A stretch of 36,386 bases of DNA from a virus (Duplodnaviria; Caudoviricetes): positions 1 through 36,386 of IMG/VR virus record IMGVR_UViG_3300048670_001179. One strand, given 5' to 3'. The number at the start of each line of letters is the position of its first letter. Within the stretch, counting starts at the first letter, position 1. The notes under the pieces were generated by a model. The model was not told the origin of the DNA, did not search any database, and was given only the letters and a program-made list of their open reading frames with translations. The translations under genes were made by a program, and so were the position numbers. This document shows positions 32,555-36,386 of this stretch, one piece after another.

Positions 32555-33759
32555 AAATACCTCATGACCAGTTTTGCGTATTGCCTTGGATCAGCCTAGA
32601 GGCCAGTCCTATTGGTACAGTTAGACCATGTTGTCTAGCAGATCACGAGATAGTAGACAATGACGGAAACAAATTTGAATTAGGCACTGCTGATTTTCTA
32701 ACTATACAAAACAGCAGTCACATGCGAGATTTACGGAATGGATTTCTAGAGGAACAAAGACCGGAAACATGTAGAAAATGTTGGAATGAAGAAGATGCCG
32801 GAAGAACATCAAAACGAATGCATACTCTAGATCGTCTTAAGCATACACTCACGGATGAATCATGGAGCACAGATGCCAAGCCTCTGATGTTCTTGGATCT
32901 TAAACTAGGAAACATCTGCAATCTCAAATGTAGGATCTGCGGCTCATGGAGCAGTTCACAGTTTGCCGGGGAAGAAATCTCTTTCATACCTCGTGCCGAA
33001 CAAAAATCCAGTCACGCTTACAAGATGTTGCGAGCCGGTGCCTGGCCCAAAGAGAACAAACATTTCTGGCAGCAGATTGATTCAGTGCTTGAGGACATAC
33101 GCTATATCGAGTTCACGGGCGGAGAACCATTCATGATCGATCAACATTTTGACATGTTGCAAGGCATAGTGGATCGTGGTATTGCCGGCCAAGTTGAAAT
33201 TCACTACAATACCAACGGTACATTGTTCCCTGATCGCGGTCCAGACATATGGAAACACTTTAAGACTGTGGAGGTAGCGTTTAGTGTGGACGACATCGGT
33301 CCTCGATTTGAATATCAACGCTCAAACGCCTCTTGGGGCACAGTGAAAGAGAATATCAGCAAGTTCAGGATTATGCGTGACAGTATGCCTAACTTACAGT
33401 TACAATGCTGTACCACTGTGAATGTGTTTAATGTGAGATATCTCGACGAGGTAGCATTGTGGATAGCACTTCAGGATTTTGATTTTGTGTATTGGAACAT
33501 GATGCATGATGCTTGGTATTTTTCAATCTCAAGATTACCTGCTGACGCCAAACAACATATCGCTGATTATTTGGCAACCTGTGATACACCAGAACAATTT
33601 CGAGCAGAATTTACCCGCATCATTGACTTTATGATTCGTGGCGAATCAACTGACGGTTCAGACACGCAGCGACAAATCCGGCAGTTAGATCAGCGTAGAA
33701 AGCAGGATCTGCGAAAGATAGCACCTGAATTAGCACAGATACTTGGTTATGAAAAATAG
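32551..33759 (+). CDS. Radical SAM protein with N-terminal twitch/SPASM-like domain (subfamily B)
   Basis: Start placed at ATG 32551 (ATGA overlap). CNLKCRIC at 32917-32940; TGGEPF; YNTNG; N-terminal CVLPW..GTVRPCC..CRKCW. Confidence 0.92.
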   Translation: MKIPHDQFCVLPWISLEASPIGTVRPCCLADHEIVDNDGNKFELGTADFLTIQNSSHMRDLRNGFLEEQRPETCRKCWNEEDAGRTSKRMHTLDRLKHTLTDESWSTDAKPLMFLDLKLGNICNLKCRICGSWSSSQFAGEEISFIPRAEQKSSHAYKMLRAGAWPKENKHFWQQIDSVLEDIRYIEFTGGEPFMIDQHFDMLQGIVDRGIAGQVEIHYNTNGTLFPDRGPDIWKHFKTVEVAFSVDDIGPRFEYQRSNASWGTVKENISKFRIMRDSMPNLQLQCCTTVNVFNVRYLDEVALWIALQDFDFVYWNMMHDAWYFSISRLPADAKQHIADYLATCDTPEQFRAEFTRIIDFMIRGESTDGSDTQRQIRQLDQRRKQDLRKIAPELAQILGYEK

Positions 33760-33771
33760 AGTTTAAATGAC

Positions 33772-34428
33772 ATGACATATAAAAGAGTTTTTGCGTTTGG
33801 AGATAGTTTTACCTACGGGCATGATTTAAGTGATTGCTCTACCAAGTCGTATCATACTCCGAGTAATCTTTCATACGGGGCAATAGTGGCCGATAGATTA
33901 TCCGCAGAATACCATTGTCATGCCATGGGGAGTTATGCCAACAATGCAATTTCTAGAAGAATAATAGAATCACTACCAATGTTAACACCCAATGACATGG
34001 TGTTGGTCATGTGGACTTTTACCATAAGACATGAGCTACTGTTAGAGGGTGATGCTGGATGGTGTAGTCTCTCCCCACAGGGCACCATGCCCATAGAAAA
34101 AGAATATTTTAAATACATTGATATAGCCCCACATTATCATATTGGCAAAACTTTAAAAGAAATATACATTTCTCAACAACTTTTAACCGCAGCATCTATA
34201 CCTCACATCTTTGTGAGTTCGGTGACGGATTTGTCTCAAGAAATACAAAGCCAGAAAAATTTACTGTCAACAAAACTTGATCTTGACAAATGGATATTCT
34301 TTGACCAGGGCTTTGGGTTTGTTGATTGGGCAAAACATGTATTAAATCTTCAATTTACTAGTGAGCATCCGCCAGATATAGCGCATCAGACACTTGCAAA
34401 AAAAATACTAACCAAGATATATGAATAA
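33772..34428 (+). CDS. SGNH/GDSL-like hydrolase or acyltransferase; AT-rich gene
   Basis: FAFGDSFTYG (block I), AMGSYANN (block II-like), SEHPP..AH (block V without the canonical Asp). Confidence 0.65.
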   Translation: MTYKRVFAFGDSFTYGHDLSDCSTKSYHTPSNLSYGAIVADRLSAEYHCHAMGSYANNAISRRIIESLPMLTPNDMVLVMWTFTIRHELLLEGDAGWCSLSPQGTMPIEKEYFKYIDIAPHYHIGKTLKEIYISQQLLTAASIPHIFVSSVTDLSQEIQSQKNLLSTKLDLDKWIFFDQGFGFVDWAKHVLNLQFTSEHPPDIAHQTLAKKILTKIYE

Positions 34429-34430
34429 AC

Positions 34431-35426
34431 ATGATCAAATACAATCAGATAAAAAGTGTGCATCTTGAGATTAGTTCTCGCTGCAATGCAATGTGTCCGT
34501 CTTGCCCTCGTAATTTCCATGGTGTGGATGTGATTGACAATTTTCCAATTTGTGATTTGAAATTAGATCAGATTAAAAAAATCTTTCCTGTAGAATTTGT
34601 GCAACAGCTAGATAATATACTGATCAATGGCAACTATGGAGATTTTGTCACAGCTCGAGATGCATTGAGTATCATCGAATATTTCTATCAGGCAAATTGT
34701 AAACTACGGATAACTGTCAGCACAAATGGATCAGCACAGCCTAAAATGTGGAATAAGTTGGGGAAATTTCCTGTGCAAATAGAATTCAGACTCGACGGCC
34801 TAATCGACACCCATCATCTATATCGTCAGAACACTGATTTTGATTTTATTATTGACAATGCTAAAAAATTTATTGCTGCTGGTGGGTATGCGATTTGGAA
34901 CATGATAGTGTTTGATCATAACAAACATCAGATTGAACAATGTCGTACAATGTCACAAGAACTTGGATTTAGGCAATTCCGAGTTTGTCAAGAGCCCGAT
35001 AATTCTCGTAACCAGTTTCCGGTATTCACTCCTGATCGTCGGCTGAGTCATGTGGTAGGTGACTATAAAGGATCAACAGATTTTGATGTTTTATGGCAAC
35101 AACAAAATCAGCGTGATGCACGATTGAATGTAGAATATCATAAAGAAAGTTATCCAATAAAGTGTAAAGCAAAAGAATCAAATCAGATTTACATCGCAGC
35201 GGATGGCAATGTGTATCCTTGTTGTTGGTTGGGATTTTCCCCACAAACAGATAATACTAGATTTGTAAATTTTCAGATGCGAGAATTCCTCAAAGAAAAC
35301 AATGCTATAGAATATGGTATAGAGCATGCGATTGGTTGGTTTGCTCGTGTAGAAGAAAGTTGGAGCAAATCTTCAGTCGCTGACGGAAAATTATCAGCAT
35401 GCAATGAAACTTGTGGAATCAGATGA
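34431..35426 (+). CDS. Radical SAM protein with C-terminal twitch/SPASM-like domain (type C); AT-rich gene
   Basis: CNAMCPSC at 34482-34505; GNYGD in place of GGEP; STNGS; C-terminal CKAK..IYIAADGNVYPCCW..CNETCG. Confidence 0.88.
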   Translation: MIKYNQIKSVHLEISSRCNAMCPSCPRNFHGVDVIDNFPICDLKLDQIKKIFPVEFVQQLDNILINGNYGDFVTARDALSIIEYFYQANCKLRITVSTNGSAQPKMWNKLGKFPVQIEFRLDGLIDTHHLYRQNTDFDFIIDNAKKFIAAGGYAIWNMIVFDHNKHQIEQCRTMSQELGFRQFRVCQEPDNSRNQFPVFTPDRRLSHVVGDYKGSTDFDVLWQQQNQRDARLNVEYHKESYPIKCKAKESNQIYIAADGNVYPCCWLGFSPQTDNTRFVNFQMREFLKENNAIEYGIEHAIGWFARVEESWSKSSVADGKLSACNETCGIR

Positions 35427-36386
35427 CTAAATCGGAATCGTTATGCCTGGCACCTTGGGTACATACCTATCTTTCTCCACAGACTGAAAGACGCATGTGC
35501 TGTGCGTCGAGGGAACCTGCACAGAACTTTGAACAATACATTGATACCAAATCGGGCACAGGCACTTACATCCCCATCACATTAGAACAGCACTGGAACA
35601 GTGAGCACATGAAGTCAGTTCGCCGCCGCATGATGGCCGGTGAACGCTTGCCCGAATGCGAAGTATGTAATGATCAATTGCTAAACACTGACGTATATCG
35701 CACATATTTTTCACAACTGTTTCAACATAAATACTCGGCAATTTTAAAACAAACAGATGTCACCGGTTACACCACAATGCAACCAGTGAGTTGGGATTAT
35801 AGATTCAGCAACCTGTGCAATTTCAAATGCAGGACCTGTGGAGACATGTTGAGCAGCAGTTGGGAGTCAGAACAAAAGACACATGGGATGGTGAACTGGA
35901 GCAATCCTAAAAACAACTGGATGCGTCCTGAAATACGTGAGCAGATCTCCCAATTTCAAGACAGTCAAATTGAGCAGGAATTTTCAGATGCTGTGGAACA
36001 GCACAGAGTAGAAGAAGTGTACTGGGTGGGTGGCGAGCCCTTGATGTATGAACAGCACTGGCGCTACATGCAACGCATAATAGAACTAGGGGATGGGCCA
36101 AGAGTATATGCTAGATATAATACAAACTTGTCCAGAGTGGAATATCGTGGCATCAATCTCTATCGTGACATTCTTCCTGGGCTACGCGATTGGCAGATAT
36201 GTGCAAGTCTCGACGGCACAGGCACGATTGGCGAATACATTAGAACAGGTCTTGACTACGATCAATGGCTTGAAAACTTTGGTAGGGCAGTTGCAATCAA
36301 ACGTCACCCACGTCAAGTCAGAATTGACTTTACGCTCACTTTGCCCGGAATGTTCGAAGTTGGCTCAATTACAGAACTTGCTAGAC
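35423..36386 (+). CDS. Radical SAM protein with N-terminal twitch/SPASM-like domain (subfamily B), 3'-truncated; not in the ORF track
   Basis: ATGA overlap with the previous gene; open to the window end: MTKSESLCLAPW..RRMCC..CEVC..NLCNFKCRTCG (motif at 35816-35839)..VGGEPLM..YNTN..SLDG..EYIR. Confidence 0.9.
   Translation, partial: MTKSESLCLAPWVHTYLSPQTERRMCCASREPAQNFEQYIDTKSGTGTYIPITLEQHWNSEHMKSVRRRMMAGERLPECEVCNDQLLNTDVYRTYFSQLFQHKYSAILKQTDVTGYTTMQPVSWDYRFSNLCNFKCRTCGDMLSSSWESEQKTHGMVNWSNPKNNWMRPEIREQISQFQDSQIEQEFSDAVEQHRVEEVYWVGGEPLMYEQHWRYMQRIIELGDGPRVYARYNTNLSRVEYRGINLYRDILPGLRDWQICASLDGTGTIGEYIRTGLDYDQWLENFGRAVAIKRHPRQVRIDFTLTLPGMFEVGSITELAR

Larger units (their letters stand above)
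1..36386 (+). mobile_element. Segment of a large myovirus-like phage genome (tail/baseplate module followed by a glycosyltransferase/radical SAM operon)
   Basis: gp25-like, gp6-like and gp7/gpI-like genes in W-J-I order, a fibre-like gene with an autocleaving chaperone, TAAATA motifs before structural genes, dense unidirectional coding, no host housekeeping genes. Free phage versus prophage cannot be decided here. Confidence 0.92.

Noticed and set aside
849-36101. Many minus-strand and alternate-frame ORFs of 60-207 aa in the ORF track (e.g. 10346-10882, 18101-18688, 19456-20079, 25117-25674)
   Set aside because: They lie antisense to or within well-supported + strand genes and show no recognisable motifs; they are most likely shadow ORFs.
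1-36386. Alternative genetic code (stop-codon reassignment), known in some large phages
   Set aside because: Genes tile densely in the standard code, including a 14.3-kb ORF, and TAA, TGA and TAG (1640-1642, 33757-33759) all end genes at sensible boundaries.
26747-36386. Assigning the radical SAM genes to MoaA, PqqE, NrdG, QueE or anSME
   Set aside because: Domain order and motifs do not match these families closely, and none of their pathway partners are present.
1-36386. tRNA, rRNA, CRISPR array, DGR or IS elements
   Set aside because: Intergenic gaps are all under about 65 bp, and I saw no nucleotide-level repeat arrays, reverse transcriptase or transposase motifs by eye.

Overview
This window is a fragment of a large contractile-tailed (myovirus-like, probably jumbo) phage genome or prophage. 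All credible genes are on the + strand and read in the standard code. Left part (1-22640), tail/baseplate module: a 5'-truncated Ala/Gly/Gln-rich protein, a gp25-like and a gp6-like baseplate wedge gene, a giant 4758-aa gp7/gpI-like protein (seven FG-GAP-like repeats, three CBM5/12-like motifs, many adapter-like repeats), an unlisted 48-aa ORF, a 204-aa protein, a fibre-like protein with a peptidase-G2-like autocleaving chaperone, and a Thr/Ser/Gly-rich protein. Several of these genes are preceded by TAAATA (T4 late-promoter-like) motifs. An intrinsic terminator overlapping a sigma70-like promoter (22658-22696) separates this from the right part. Right part (22703-end): a tightly coupled operon of at least 15 genes, with three GT-A-like and two GT10-like putative glycosyltransferases, two SGNH-like hydrolases/acyltransferases, two small unknown proteins and six radical SAM enzymes with twitch/SPASM-like Fe-S domains (five N-terminal, one C-terminal). 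The best candidate for an undescribed system is this operon, a possible phage-encoded glycan synthesis and radical-tailoring pathway that may decorate the virion. All product calls come from motifs read by eye; no database search was run.
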